From the NCBI RefSeq assembly GCF_006345805.1, contig NC_043004.1:58466001-58530000 (forward strand): 64,000 nt of DNA, in the 5' to 3' direction. Source of the stretch: Octopus sinensis (lineage: Eukaryota). The notes beneath the pieces were generated by a model that did no database searches, was not told where the DNA came from, and worked only from the letters and a program-made list of their open reading frames with translations. This document shows, one piece after another, positions 40,789 through 53,988 of the stretch. A program made the translations under genes and the position numbers. Positions within the stretch are counted from its first letter, which is position 1. Each line of letters begins with the position of its first letter.

Positions 40789-41417
40789 CTACTTATATGC
40801 ACTAAATGTATGTTTTTGCCAATGGTTACATCTGTATGCTCACTCTATAACCGTGTTTACTAGAGTATTTTTAGAAAAAATAATGAAAAATAGCTCAGAA
40901 TTGCAGAGAAGACAGAATTTCTTGCCTTTGTCATACGGTATCGAAATTGAGAGAATCAACCATTCTAAATGAAATTGTTCATTGTGGTCTTTTAAATCCC
41001 AATCAGTTTGCTGAGACCGGTACTATTCCGTTTATTTCTATCCCTAAATGTTGAGTAATGGATAGAATTCTTTTAGATAACTCTAACGATGTGCTTCCAA
41101 TGTAAAATCGTACTTTATTACGAGTACTGATTATACACTGGTATATAGAATTTTAATCTTAGAGTTACTTGACATAAATTTAATTCTATTGGAATTGACT
41201 TCAGATACAATAACCTTGTTATTAATATTTCTAGAGGGTTGAATGGTATTAGCTAAATTAATGTTAGTATTAGTAAATGTATTAATATTTAACAGCTTGT
41301 AATTATGAGAAGATATAATTTGCAAGAGATTTTTTGTGTTTGAAAAACCTATCCTAACCTTATGTGAATTGATTATAGAGTAATATCTAGAATTGTTTGG
41401 AAAATTCCTACCAATAG
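40789..41417 (-). pseudogene. frameshifted PLE ORF C-terminus: linker plus GIY-YIG endonuclease
   Basis: FPNNSRYYSIINSHKVRIGFSNTKNLLQIISSHNYKLL ... NSIYQCIISTRNKVRFYIGST..LSKRI / HYSTFRDRNKRNSTGLSKL / WDLKD...EW.I...PY...KFCLLCNSE...LVN...E*AYRCNHWQK; needs three frameshifts and has one in-frame TGA. Confidence 0.85.
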
Positions 41418-42769
41418 GAATATTTGATTACACCTGCTTTAACTCCATTTTTTTATTCATATTATTCAAAATATTCAACGTAAATACGAAGTTTCTACCT
41501 TTATAAACAAGGAGTTACAACACCTTTACTTGTGAGATTTTTGCTGCCCCGGTAACTATTTATTTTTTTTTTCCGTGTTAATTGTTAACAAGGTAAAAAT
41601 ACACTCATCTCTATATATACATATATATTCTAGTATGTATTTAGTATGCATATGCCTTATGCTGTGGTTCTGTGTTCATATCTATCTGGGATTTTACTTT
41701 TGTTTTTTCCTGGTGTATTATTTCGTATTGTTATTAGTCATAAATCTTGTCTAATAAAGCAAACCTATACTCAAAAGCATTCTGACCACAATGATTCTGC
41801 CTCTTTTTATTTTTCAAGATTCTGAGGCCTCCATATTTGTCACAAGACAATGAATTTCCTCTTGTAAAATTCTCTAACTCTCCAAAGCACTAAATTGGGC
41901 AAGGTCGTTTTTGTAGAAGACCACGAGTTAGCCATGCATGCATGCCTCTCATCTGCACAACACTAGTGTTGTTCAAAGAAAGGCAAGAGTTGATACAGAT
42001 TAATGCCAATGTTCTCTCAGATATTGTCATCAGAATTCAAAGAGCTGGACCAAATAGCGAACAGCATTAAGAAAGCTGCTCTAACTGTTCAAACTAGCCT
42101 TGAGTACTTTATCAGTCCCATTATGATGAAAGGCAGAGCTGACCTCAGTAGAATTTGAACTGAGAGGACAGAGAGCTAATGATTCTCTAATAATTCTGCT
42201 AATTTTCCACCTTGCATGCATAATCTATCTAGAATGACATTATGTAGTGTGTGCTTTCCATTCCTAAGTTTAATAAGGTGGGGTTAGAGATAGATTACAT
42301 TTGGATGCTAATCCTCGCAGATTAGGCAACACCTAGAGATTCTATGGTGGTGGTAGTGGTGGTGTTACTGCTGCTGCTGCTAAGGCAGTGAGCTGACAGA
42401 ATCATCAGCATGCTGGACAAAATTATTAGTGATATTTCATCTCTCATTACAGTTCCTTTGAGGTTAACTTTGCCTTCTCAGCCTTTCAGGGTTGATAGAA
42501 TAAGTAACAGTCAATTATTGGTTTGTACCAAAAGTTGAATTAAGGCAGCAAGCTGACAGAACCATTAGCATGTCAGACAAAGTGCTTAGCAGCATTTCAT
42601 CTGTCTTTATATTCTGAGTTTCAAATTTTGCCAAGGTTGAGTTTGCCTTTCGGGGTCAATAAAATAAGCACTAGTTCCGTACTGGGGTTTATGTAACTGA
42701 CTACCCCCTTCCCCCAATGTCTCAAGCCTTGTGCCTATAGTGGAAAGGGTTATTGTTTCTTTATCATTA

Positions 42770-42838
42770 TTACTATTATTTTTTCATTCATTAGTATTAT
42801 CATTATCACTATCATTATTATCATAATTATTATTATTA

Positions 42839-42906
<68 letters not shown>

Positions 42907-42922
42907 AATAATAATAATAATA
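42770..42922. repeat. (ATT)n/(ATA)n microsatellite
   Basis: Direct read. Confidence 0.95.
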
Positions 42923-43069
42923 TTTCAAGGTCAATAAAATAAATACCAGTTGAGCACTGGGGTCGATGTGACTTCCTTCACCCCTCAAATTTGCTGGCCT
43001 TGTGTTAAAATTAGAAAGAATTACTAAGTTCAGTAAATTAAAATGACAACCTTGTATGTTGACAAAAAT

Positions 43070-43158
43070 AAAATGAAATATTTAGTGCTCCTTCAAGTAC
43101 AAAATGAAATATTTAGTGCTCCTTCAAGTACAAAATGAAATATTTAGTGCTCCTTCAA
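43070..43158. repeat. 31-bp tandem repeat, about 2.9 copies
   Basis: Unit AAAATGAAATATTTAGTGCTCCTTCAAGTAC, exact copies. Confidence 0.95.
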
Positions 43159-44019
43159 ATCATTGAATTAAAGAAAGAAAATTTCATCTATCTGAGAAAA
43201 ATGTGAACTATTGCATAATCTTTATTGAATTGTTGAAGCACCAGTGAAAATTTTTTCATGTAGTGTATAATGAGTAAATCTACACAATTCAGCTCATCTT
43301 AACTCAGATTACAGACAATGCTAAACAGACAAACACAAGACCTAAGTGAAATGAACTAAGAATGAACTGGGAATAAAAAATCTGTTTAGAAACTCAATTT
43401 GTCAAGTTAAAATTCTATAGAATATGCATGAAAAATATCTTTTAAATTTTAAAATACAGTAATTTATTTAAAAGGCATCTATCAAATAAAATTCTTAACA
43501 CACTTCTACCAGTATAACATATAACTAAATAATACTCTAAGCAATTTAGAATGATAATTGAAATTTTATGGTTAATTAAATGTTTTATCACAGTTTAGAG
43601 TGAAGAAAGTTTTGTGTAGTTTCTTTGGTATTTATTTTCATTTGCCATTTTTCAAGTAAATTGATTTGTATAAAAACGTGTTTACATAATTATGAATCAT
43701 ATAGTTCTTTACACATTCACAAAGACTATTCTCTATTGTTGTATGGTATCAAAGAGTTGAAATAAAAATGATATTTAAGCTGTTAGAATTCCTATTTTTT
43801 TCTTTTGAAAAAGCATTTAACTGTTTAGTTTAATGAGATAAGACTAAAACTTACTTTTGGCTATAGAATATTCTTCATGTTCTTCACTTTATAGAAAAAG
43901 TTGTAATACATTCATATCCTATTGAAGTATATTGTTTGTTTTTAGTAAAGTAAGGGAAGTTCTAATTCCAAGTAGAAGGTTCGGGATCTAAGTTATATTT
44001 ATATATATATATATATATT

Positions 44020-44390
44020 AGCTTTTACTTGTTTCATTCATCAAACTGCGGCCATACTGGTGCACTGCCTTGAAGCAATTTTGTTAAACAAATCAACCCC
44101 AGTACTTGGTTTTTATAAGCCTGGCACTCTTTCTAATGGTCTCTTTTGCCAAACTGCTAAGTTATGAGGACTTGGACACATCAACATTGGTTGTCAAGTG
44201 GTGGTGGAGCCAAATGCAGATACAAATGCATGCGTGCACACACACACACACACACATACAGCTGTATATACAAAGGGATTCTCCCAGTTTCCATCTCTAC
44301 CAAATCTGCTCACAATGGTGCAATGCAGTGGGGCTGAACCCAGAACCATGTGGCTGCAAAGCAAACTTCTTAGCACGCAACCACACCTGC
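44020..44390 (-). mobile_element. diverged SINE family A copy
   Basis: Tail and head recognisable. Confidence 0.72.
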
Positions 44391-45044
44391 ATCTCTCTCT
44401 CTCTCACTATATATATATATATATATATATATCTCTCTATATATATATATATATATATATACATACATACATGCATACATACACACATACATACATACAT
44501 ACATACATATTCTAACATTCATTAACTAGTTGACAAGTAGTTAAACAATAAAACATATTTTGTAGAACAGGAAACTAAATCTACTGTTAGCAACTTCCCA
44601 ACTGTAAAGATATCAGTTGAAAACTAATGACATCAAAGCATAATAGTAATTTAAGCATATTTTTTAATAATAACAGAAAATACTGAATTTGTAGATAAAA
44701 AGAAATTATTAGGAATAAAAAGTTCCTCATCAAAAATTTATTAACTCTGGGATCAATAAGACCATTTAAATCTTGTTAAATGCAAAACAGAAAGTGAAAG
44801 TAGATAATGATTGGGTATCCAACCAGAAAAAAAAAAAAAAAAAAATTAAGCTTATGAGCATAAGGTTGTCCTCTGACTCAGCTAGAAGAGCGATAAAAAC
44901 CTATCCGACCTATACCAGCATGCAAAGTGGACATAAAATGATAATGAAGACGATGAAAGGGAAGGGAGATGATGATGATGATGATGATGATAACGATGAC
45001 GACAACAACAACAACGATGATGATTTAGAATAATAATGAAGTTA

Positions 45045-45420
45045 AGTGGCTGTGTGGTAAGTAGCTTGCTTACCAACCACATGGTTCCGGGTTCAGTCCC
45101 ACTGCGTGGCACCTTGGGCAAGTGTCTTCTGCTATAGCCTCAGGCCGACCAATGCCTTGTGAGTGGATTTGGTAGACGGAAACTGAAAGAAGCCCATCGT
45201 ATATATATATATATATGTGTGTGTGTTTGTGTGTCTGTGTTTGTCCCCCTAGCATTGCTTGACAACCGATACTGGTGTGTTTACGTCCCCGTCACTTAGC
45301 GGTTTGGCAAAAGAGACCAATAGAATAAGTCCCGGGGTCGATTTGCTCGACTAAAGGTGGTGCTCCAGCATGGCCGCAGTCAAATGACTGAAACAAGGAA
45401 AAGAGTAAAAAGAGTAAAGA
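45045..45420 (+). mobile_element. SINE family A, young copy
   Basis: Full structure with slightly clipped 5' end. Confidence 0.92.
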
Positions 45421-46087
45421 AATTAACAAAATTAATTTTTAACTTTATCAAGAGCAGAAAACATCTTTTTGATTTGTTTTTCGTTTAGGGAATTAAATTT
45501 GTTTGTTAAAATGGAATTCTGTATCTTTATTTGCATAATTTAAGATACTTTACAATAGTTTATAAAGAAAACTATATTTAGGTATCTTAAAACTCTTGTG
45601 CTTGCTCCTATTTTTTCAATTTTAACCAATTTACATAAGTAATGGGCTATTATGTACGTTGTATGAAATTTGTGTTTTAATGAAGTCGAGTTCGATTTGA
45701 TGTGAAAGTCACTTTTCTTGAGTTTTCTCATGATCCTTAATGTCTGCATATTTTAGAATAATATTTCCATTCATGGATGGAAAGAAAAAACAACAGCCTC
45801 TTTAAATTACATTATTTTTTAAAATTATTTTTATTCATTTACTTATTGAGTAACCTTCTGCAAACATTATAGACCAACTATGAAATCTTTAGTTTTATCT
45901 TTCAGTATCTTTTTACAACAACACAAGATTTTAAAGCTTTTTAAATTTAGACATTTGCAAGAAATTAGATGTTCATGTTATATATCTGTTTGCTAAGGTA
46001 TGCGTGGCTTAGTGGTTGGTGTGTTCAACCCGTAATCATAAAGTCACGGTTTGATTCCTTGATGTGATGCTGCAGTGTGTCCTTTAA

Positions 46088-46309
46088 CCCTTTTGTTACT
46101 AACCCAGCTAAAACCGGCTCTGGCTCTGTAATATAAATGTCTTGTTTTCATAAGTTTTGAATTAAAATCTTCCACCAAACCTTATTCACAATTACTGTTC
46201 TTATCACTAAGCTTAATGATAACTAAGTTATTTTACAAAATTCTTTGTCATATTTAAAATAATTGAGAGAAACACAGAGCATCTCAAAATAAATACAGTA
46301 ATGAAAGGG
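46088..46309. mobile_element. piggyBac-type MITE (reverse orientation) inserted into an older SINE
   Basis: TTAA|CCCTTTTGTTAC...AAAGGG|TTAA; SINE head at about 45995-46083 resumes at about 46314 (GGCACTTCATTTCAC). Confidence 0.88.
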
Positions 46310-46817
46310 TTAACATGGCACTTCATTTCACATTACTCCATCCAGCTCAGCTGAAAATAAGTATCAGCTGAGTGCTGGTGTAATCTTTTCTTTCTTCCAA
46401 AAGGTGTCACTCCTTGTGTGTCGCTGGGTCCAATGTGAAAGGTTTGACAGAGTTTCTCTGTTTGCTTGTGACAAAATAAACACCTAAAACAATTAGTGGA
46501 AACGTATGTCTTACTTTGTTATATACAAGCTTGCTACTTATAGCTATTTTGATAATATTCTTGGCTTTTCCTAAAGAAGAATAAAGGGATTTATTTTTCA
46601 GTTAAGTGAAATAAATACTGTAATGTCCTTAGGCTAAAAGTATAAAATATGATGACTGGAGCAAGAATTTTTATTCCCAGGTCTGTTTTCTCATATTTAT
46701 TTTTCCTTGCTAGCAGGTTGATATTTTCCTACGGTTTGAACATTATGTATTTTGTTATAATAAATGATACTATAGCTTGATCTCCTTCTGGCAGTTAATA
46801 TTTTACCTATGAAATAG

Positions 46818-46950
46818 TGAAGTTTGCTCCCCATCATGTTTCAAAAGATTACCAGCAATGATATCCTGTGATATATCCTCTACAGCATCTAGAATTTGTT
46901 TTCTAGCATTTTTTTTTAACTTTAGATATCACTGATAGCAATCCACATCT
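46818..46950 (-). pseudogene. probable Tc1/mariner transposase C-terminal remnant
   Basis: WIAISDI..ARKQILDAVEDISQDIIAGNLLKHDGEQ; homologous to 48236-48780 on the other strand; family assignment by motif resemblance only. Confidence 0.45.
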
Positions 46951-47416
46951 GAAAAACAAAAAAATCAGATAACAATCCAGAGCTTCAAAACAAAAGATCT
47001 CAAAATATAAAGATATAATACAAGGACCAAATGGGAGATTTTTCACTATTATAAAATAAATACATTCTACAAATAATATTTTTGTTTGACTGAAGTATGA
47101 CTCTAGCAAAGTATTGGAATTTTTATCCTTTAAATTTTACATCAAAAATTGCTATTTGTTTTACAGTAAAAGTTGTTTTAGTATTGTTAAATTTTTTATT
47201 TGATTAGATTTCAACAACATACATAATGTGACAAAACAATTATTTAAATTACCTGTTTATAGCAATATATTTTGAAGTTAAAACTTAATATAAAACTATA
47301 AAATATAATAAACAATATATTAAAAATAATACTCAGAACTACTATTTTTTGCAAAATTTCCACCGAAATGAAATCAATTTGGAAATTCTTGCTACTTCAG
47401 ACAGGTTGAACCTTAC

Positions 47417-47463
47417 TAATCCAGTGAACTTGGGATTAGACAGGCACTGGAATAGCAAATTTC
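47417..47463 (-). CDS. candidate 47-nt exon
   Basis: Strong acceptor TTTTTACTCTATCTTTCATTGGTTCAG and donor TTA|GTAAGG; reads GNLLFQCLSNPKFTGL. Confidence 0.3.
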
Positions 47464-47750
47464 CTGAACCAATGAAAGATAGAGTAAAAAGGGAAAAACA
47501 TAAAGCTTATTTTATATCATATATGATACTGATAGAACTTAAATGAGCATAAATCTATTTCATTTTTTCTTGACTTGTTTATTACAAAGTGCTGATTCTG
47601 TGTTATAAGTTTACTGTACTGTGACATAAATTAAGTAAATTAATAAGAAAAAGCAAAGCAAAACAGGCCTCTTAGTGCGTGTAAATTTTTATAAACAAAG
47701 TGTGAGTAAAAAGCAAACATTTATTCCTCTTGAATGTTAATGTTTCTATA

Positions 47751-48145
47751 CTCTTTACTCTTTTACTCTTTTACTTGTTTCAGTCATTTGACTGCAGCCA
47801 TGCTGGAGCACCGCCTTTAGTCGAGCAAATCGACCCCGGGACTTATTCTTTGTTAGCCCAGTACTTATTCTATCGGTCTCTTTTTGCCGAACTGCTAAGT
47901 GACGGGGACGTAAACACACCAGCATCTGTTGTCAAGCAATGCTAGGGGGACAAACACACACACACATATATATACATATATATGACGGGCTTCTTTCAGT
48001 TTCCATCTACCAAATCCACTCACAAGGCATTGGTCGGCCTGGGGCTATAGCAGAAGACACTTGCCCAAGATGCCACACAGTGGGACTGAACCCGGAACCA
48101 TGTGGTTGGTAAGCAAGCTACTTACCACACAGCCACTCCTGCACC
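47751..48145 (-). mobile_element. SINE family A, young copy
   Basis: Full structure. Confidence 0.92.
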
Positions 48146-48362
48146 TAAATATATTTATTTTTCATATGCATTCTATATCAAAGTTGTGTAATATCTGAGG
48201 TGGTGGCTACATCTGTGGTATCTGAGTTATGTAGTCAGATATTTGGACTGCTATCTGTGATATCTGCAGTTAAAAAAAAAAAGAAAAAAAAACTGCTGGA
48301 AAACAAATTCTAAATGTTGTAGAGGATATATTGCAGGATATCATTGGTGGTAATCTTCTGAA

Positions 48363-48747
48363 GGAGGCGCAATGGCCCAGTGGTTAGGGCAGCGGACTCA
48401 CGGTCGTAGGATTGCGGTTTCGATTCCCAGACTGGGCGTTGTGAGTGTTTATTGAGCGAAAACACCTAAAGCTCCACGAGGCTCCGGCAGGGGATGGTGG
48501 TGATCCCTGCTGTACTCTTTCACCACAACTTTCTCTCAGTCTTTCTTCCTGTTTCTGTTGTACCTGTATTTCAAGGGGCCGGCCTTGTCACTCTCTGTGT
48601 CACGCTGAATATCCCCGAGAACTACGTTAAGGGTACACGTGTCTGTGGAGTGCTCAGCCACTTACACATTAATTTCATGAGCAGGCTATTCCGTTGATTG
48701 GATCAACCGGAACCCTCGTCGTCGTAACCGATGGAGTGCTTCCCCCC
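48363..48747 (+). mobile_element. SINE family C with 11-bp TSD
   Basis: TSD AATCTTCTGAA at 48352-48362 and 48748-48758; interrupts the mariner-like remnant. Confidence 0.95.
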
Positions 48748-48846
48748 AATCTTCTGAAACATGGTGTGGAGCAAATTGACTCATAGCTCTTCCCTTGCCG
48801 ATCAGTGATCAGAAACAAAATTTGCTCTTGTGATAAATTCTCTCTT

Positions 48847-48880
<34 letters not shown>

Positions 48881-49264
48881 GCACAAACACACACTCACAC
48901 ATACACACACAAACATGGATCTAACTGACATTTAGGAACAGTCTGCATATTCAAATTGTTCTTAAATATTAAGTTGCTCTTCTTCAGTGACCCTTTTTTC
49001 AGGTATGCATGCTCCCATCATTATCCTGAATTTACAACTATCACAACATAAGGGCCCTTTCTACCTATATTTATTCAGCTCATTTAATTCTTCTTTTCTT
49101 ATATTCAATACCTTTCTTACACTTTGACACCAGTTAACATTCTATCATTGTTTTCTCATTGTAACATAACATTATATTGTTATACTTGGGTATGGTCATA
49201 TTTTGACAATTAAGCACATGCACTATACACTTAGTCTTTAATAAATAAAATAAATGCACCCTTT

Positions 49265-49500
49265 TTAAAGCCTAGCAGGCTCATGGGCCTGGTTTCCCAG
49301 TTTCAATGGCGTATGTGATCCCCAGCTGGATGAGACGCCATTCCATTGCAGCGTTACTAATTTTGGCCAGCTGAGTGGACTGGAGCAACGTGAAATGAAG
49401 TGTTTTGCTCAAGAACACAACGCGTCGCCCGGTCCTGGAATTGAAACCACAATCTTACGATCATGATGCTGACACCCTAACCACTAAGCCACGCACCTCC
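49265..49500 (-). mobile_element. tRNA-derived SINE with a different central domain (family E)
   Basis: Minus head GGAGGTGCGTGGCTTAGTGGTTAGG...GTTTCAATTCC; body TTGAGCAAAACACTTCATTTCAC...CAGTCCACTCAGCTGG; related fragments at about 45995-46365 and 54450-54680. Confidence 0.75.
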
Positions 49501-50008
49501 ACACACTTAGTCTTTACTTCAGTTTTATTATTATTATTTTAGTTTGTTTCTGCTTGTGTCTAATTATCAAAATATGGCCACCCCCAAGTATAACAATATC
49601 TGTTTCAATGTATGGTTTCACATCAAAAATCTCACAAAACAAATACATAAACATAATTTCTTATCATTATTCTGCACATAAGGTTCTCATCAACATTCCT
49701 CTTTCTATGGGATTTTTTCTTCTTGTATTGACTCCTTCCGTAACAGTGTTAATTCCCTATGTTTGTGTTATGCTACAATTCCAGTGCATACACAGTATCT
49801 CTTAGAAGATATCTCTAAGGATACAATATTAATAAAAAAAAATTATTATATTTATACCTGTACTGTAATATGTACAACTGTAAGGAAGCTGTGATGGATG
49901 TAAAAACACCCGTGACAGCTTGGTGGTGCTACAGCTGACTAAACAGTAGCCACTGCAAACTAATGACCAACAGATTCAAACTACTGTACTTCACCAGCAA
50001 ATCTTTAA

Positions 50009-50227
50009 CCCTTTTGTTACTCTATTTATTTTGAGATGCTCTGCGTTTCTTTCAATTACTCTAAATATAACAAAGAATTTAGTAAAATAACTTAGTTATC
50101 ATTAAGCTAGTGTTAGGAACATAAATTGGGACTAAGGTTTGGTGGAAGATTTTAATTCAAAACTTATGAAAACAAGACATTTGTACTCAGAGCCAAGGCC
50201 AGTTTCAGCGGGTTGGTAACGAAAGGG
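50009..50227. mobile_element. piggyBac-type MITE
   Basis: TTAA|CCCTTTTGTTAC...GTAACGAAAGGG|TTAA. Confidence 0.9.
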
Positions 50228-50635
50228 TTAATTAGTGAAGTTTAATTTGTATTTGCAATTATACTTTACATTTTATGAATGCAGCAAAACCTAATTTTTC
50301 CAGTTATATCAATGTTGAATTAATATTCAAATATACTTACTTCTCTGTTTTATATGCTAAGTAAGCCAGCATTAAAATCAGACTTCCTAACCTGTTACTG
50401 GTGTTATTTTTGCAATCACTACCATCATCATCATCATCATTGTCATCATATTCTCATCATTGTTATTATCATCATTATCATCATCATTGTCATCACCATT
50501 GTTCTGACTGTGAATATAAACATCTGTCTATTCTGTATTGAAGTCATACTTGCCTCAGATTTGTTATATGGTAACATTTTGACAATTATTTTAGTAGCTG
50601 GTCCATTTTATAGACAGTGAAATGTTAAAGAACAT

Positions 50636-51041
50636 CTCTCTCTTTACTCTTTTACTTGTTTCAGTCATTTGACTGTGGCCATGCTGGAGCACCGCCTTTA
50701 GTCGAGCAAATCGACCCCGGGACTTATTCTTTTGTAAGCCCAGTACTTAATCTATCGGTCTCTTTTTGCCGAACCGCTAAGTGACGGGGACATAAACACA
50801 CCAGCATCGGTTGTCAAGCAATGCTAGGGGGACAAACACAGACACACAAACACACACACATATATATATACATATATACGACAGGCTTCTTTCAGTTTCC
50901 GTCTACCAAATCCACTCACAAGGCATTGGTCGGCCTGGGGCTATAGCAGAAGACACTTGCCCAAGATGCCACGCAGTGGGACTGAACCCGGAACCATGTG
51001 GTTGGTTAGCAAGCTACTTACCACACAGCCACTCCTGCGCC
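50636..51041 (-). mobile_element. SINE family A, young copy
   Basis: Full structure. Confidence 0.93.
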
Positions 51042-51562
51042 TATCTGTTTACAATATTCAGTATAGTGCTTGATTATACAGAAATGCCATGCTCCAATCC
51101 ATCTTACAACATAGTAACTCGTTTACCAACTCTTTTTAAAATTATATGGTTAGCGGTAGAATACAAGAAAACTTGTGATGTACTGTTTTATCAAATAGTA
51201 ATACAAACAATTCAAACAGTGAAATGTATTTTATGCTAGACAGAAGAAGAGTTTAGCATAGGGAACTGAAACTTATATGGGACAAAAGAGAAATGACACT
51301 TGTTGATGACGCAAAAGAACAGACTTCATAGTAGTTCCTCAAAGATAGGTAGGTAGATAACTGGAGAGTTTGTAATTAAACCTCAAAGACAAGAGGAAGA
51401 AGAAAATGGATTGGGTGAATGTTAATACAGTAGAACCTCAGTTTTCGAACACCTCTGATCATGAATAAATCATGCTTTATCTCCTGTCTTTCTCATATTC
51501 ATTTCATGCAGTAGTTCCTCGGTTTACGAACGCCCCTGATCATAAATAAATCGTGCTTTATA

Positions 51563-51960
51563 TCTTTATATATAAAAGTGAAGTTGTGTGTCTGTCTCCT
51601 ACGATTTAGATTCCTAACTACTCCCACATTTTGCGGTGCAGTTTAACCAAAACCAGGTATCTTATAGTCGTGATTCATATCGAGCCCTTCTGGGTATTAG
51701 CGCATGCCTACGATGAGTCTAAAATTTAAAAAAAAATTTACCATTATTTTTTTCCATTTTAATGCATTTTTTCGCTATTATATAAGGGAAATAACTCTCT
51801 AAAAATGTCTACGATGAGTCAACGATTTAAAAAAAAATTTACCATATTTTTTTTTCCATTTTTAATGCATTTTTTTGCTATTTTTTGGCTATAACTCTCA
51901 AAAAATGCTTATATAGTTATTTCCCTTACAAACCCGAGCAACGCCGGGTGATACTGCTAG
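51563..51960 (+). mobile_element. non-autonomous Helitron (second copy)
   Basis: A|TC...CCCGAGCAACGCCGGG...CTAG|T. Confidence 0.92.
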
Positions 51961-51971
51961 TGTATATATAT

Positions 51972-52395
51972 AAAAGGCACCATTCGAGCATGATCGTTAC
52001 CAATGTCGCCTTACTGGCACTTGTGCCCCATGCCAGTGGGGCACTTAGAGCACCATCCGAGTGTGATCATTGCCAGAGTGGCTAACTGGCTTCCGTGCTG
52101 GTGGTACGTAAAAGGCACCATTCGAGCATGATCGTTACCAACATTGGCTCACTGGCACGTGAAAAAACATTCGAGCGAGGTCATTGCCAGTACCGCCTGA
52201 CTGGACCTCATGCTAGTGGCATGTAAAAGCACTCACTACACTCTCAGAGTGGTTGGCATTAGGAAGGGCATCCAGCTGTAGAAACTCTGCCAGATCGAGA
52301 TTAGAGCCTGGTACAGTCATCTGGTTCACCAGTCCTCAGTCAAATCGTCCAACCCATGCTAGCATGGAAAGCAGATGTTAAACAATGATGATGAT
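51972..52395 (+). mobile_element. SINE family B with internal repeat array
   Basis: AAAAGGCACCATTCGAGCATGATCGTTACCA at 51972 and 52110; family B tail. Confidence 0.85.
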
Positions 52396-52409
52396 TATAT
52401 ATATATATG

Positions 52410-52636
52410 TTTCTTTATTACCCACAAGGGGCTAAACATAGAGAGGACAATCAAGGACAGATAAACGGATTAAGTCGATTATATTGACTCCAGTGCGTAA
52501 CTGGTACTTAATTTATCGACCCCGAAAGGATGAAAGGCAAAGTCGACCTCGGTGGAATTTGAACCCAGAACGTAATGGCAGACGAAATACGGCTACGCAT
52601 TTCACCCGGCGTGCTAACGATTCTGCCAGCTCGCCT
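52410..52636 (-). mobile_element. SINE family D
   Basis: Head GGCGAGCTGGCAGAATCGTTAGCACGCC on the minus strand, plus CORE-like body. Confidence 0.92.
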
Positions 52637-53096
52637 TATATATATATATATGAAGCATGATTTATTCATGATCAGAGGTGTTCAAAAACTGAGGTACTAC
52701 TGTATAATCTTTATTTGCGTTATTTCATATACATTTGCTAACACTAATTTACTTCATTTACATACAATCCATATTACTGCAGTTACTGAACGCCAAATGT
52801 CAAAACAGTTGATGACGTATATAAATGAACTGGGAATAGGAAGGATAAAGAAGTAGAAGTAGTGGAGAAAAAGTGTCAGTGTATTGAGGGACAATGGTCA
52901 AAGAGCAGAAACTAAAAGAAATGTCAGCTGATTGGGGAAAATGATTAGAGGAGGAGAAGGAGATAAAGACAGAAATACTGCATAGACAAATAAACATGTC
53001 ATACATATTATATATGTATCTCTCTCTACATATATATATATATATATACATAGTTATAAATGTAGGCATGAGTGTGTTTATATATATATATATATA

Positions 53097-53512
53097 GGCG
53101 CAGGAGTGGCTGTGTGGTAAGTTGCTTGCTAACCAACCACATGGTTCCGTGTCCAGTCCCACTGCGTGGAATCTTGGGCAAGTGTCTTCTGCTATAGCCC
53201 CGGGCCGACCAATGCCTTGTGAGTGGATTCGGTAGACGGAAACTGAAAGAAGCCTGTCATATATATGTATATATATGTATATATGTATATATGTGTATGT
53301 GTGTGTGTTTGTGTGTGTGTGTTTGTCCCCCTAGCATTGCTTGACAACCGATGCTGGTGTGTTTACGTCCCCGTCACTTAGCGGTTCGGCAAAAGATACC
53401 AATAGAATAAGTACTGGGCTTACAAAGAATAACTCCCGGGGTCGATTTGCTCAACTAAAGGCAGTGCTCCAGCATGGCCGCAGTCAAATGACTGAAACAA
53501 GTAAAAAAAAAA
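53097..53512 (+). mobile_element. SINE family A, young copy
   Basis: Full structure. Confidence 0.93.
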
Positions 53513-53519
53513 ATATATA

Positions 53520-53567
<48 letters not shown>

Positions 53568-53602
53568 ATGTGCATATGTATGTATATATACATCATCATC
53601 CT

Positions 53603-53946
53603 CCTCCTCCTCATCATCATCATCGTTTAACATCCGTTTTCCATGCTAGCATGGGTTGGGCGGTTCAACTGGGGTCTGGGAAGCCAGGAGACTGCACCAG
53701 GATCCAGTCTGATCTGGCAGTGTTTCTACAGCTGGATGCCCTTCCTAATGCCAACCACTCCGTGAGTGTAGTGGGTGCTTTTTACGTGCCACCAGCAGAG
53801 GGGCCAGGGGAGGCTGGCAATGGCCATGATCAGTTGGTGCTTTTTGCATGCCACCAGCACAGGGGCCAGAGGAGGCTGACAACAGCCATGATCAGTTGGT
53901 GTTTTTTGCGTGCCACCAGCACAGAAGCCAACCAAGATGGTGCTGG

Positions 53947-53988
<42 letters not shown>

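Larger units (their letters stand above)
40455..41460 (-). mobile_element. 5'-truncated Penelope-like retroelement with 40-bp inverted terminal duplication
   Basis: GIY-YIG remnant, hammerhead core in the 3' region; 40455-40495 is the reverse complement of 41421-41460 (one mismatch, one indel). Confidence 0.85.
51428..52702. mobile_element. Tc1/mariner (Tigger-like) MITE enclosing nested insertions
   Basis: TA|CAGTAGAACCTCAGTTTTCGAACACCTCTGATCATGAATAAATCATGC and its reverse complement ending CTACTG|TA; a second left-type TIR at 51509-51562. Confidence 0.8.

Noticed and set aside
40822-40824. In-frame TGA in the PLE endonuclease remnant as possible selenocysteine
   Set aside because: It aligns with a hydrophobic position (N..E*..C.H), not with a conserved Cys, and the ORF is otherwise frameshifted; a nonsense mutation is more likely.
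43070-43158. 31-bp repeats as a CRISPR-like array
   Set aside because: The copies are contiguous with no spacers and the context is eukaryotic; this is an ordinary minisatellite.
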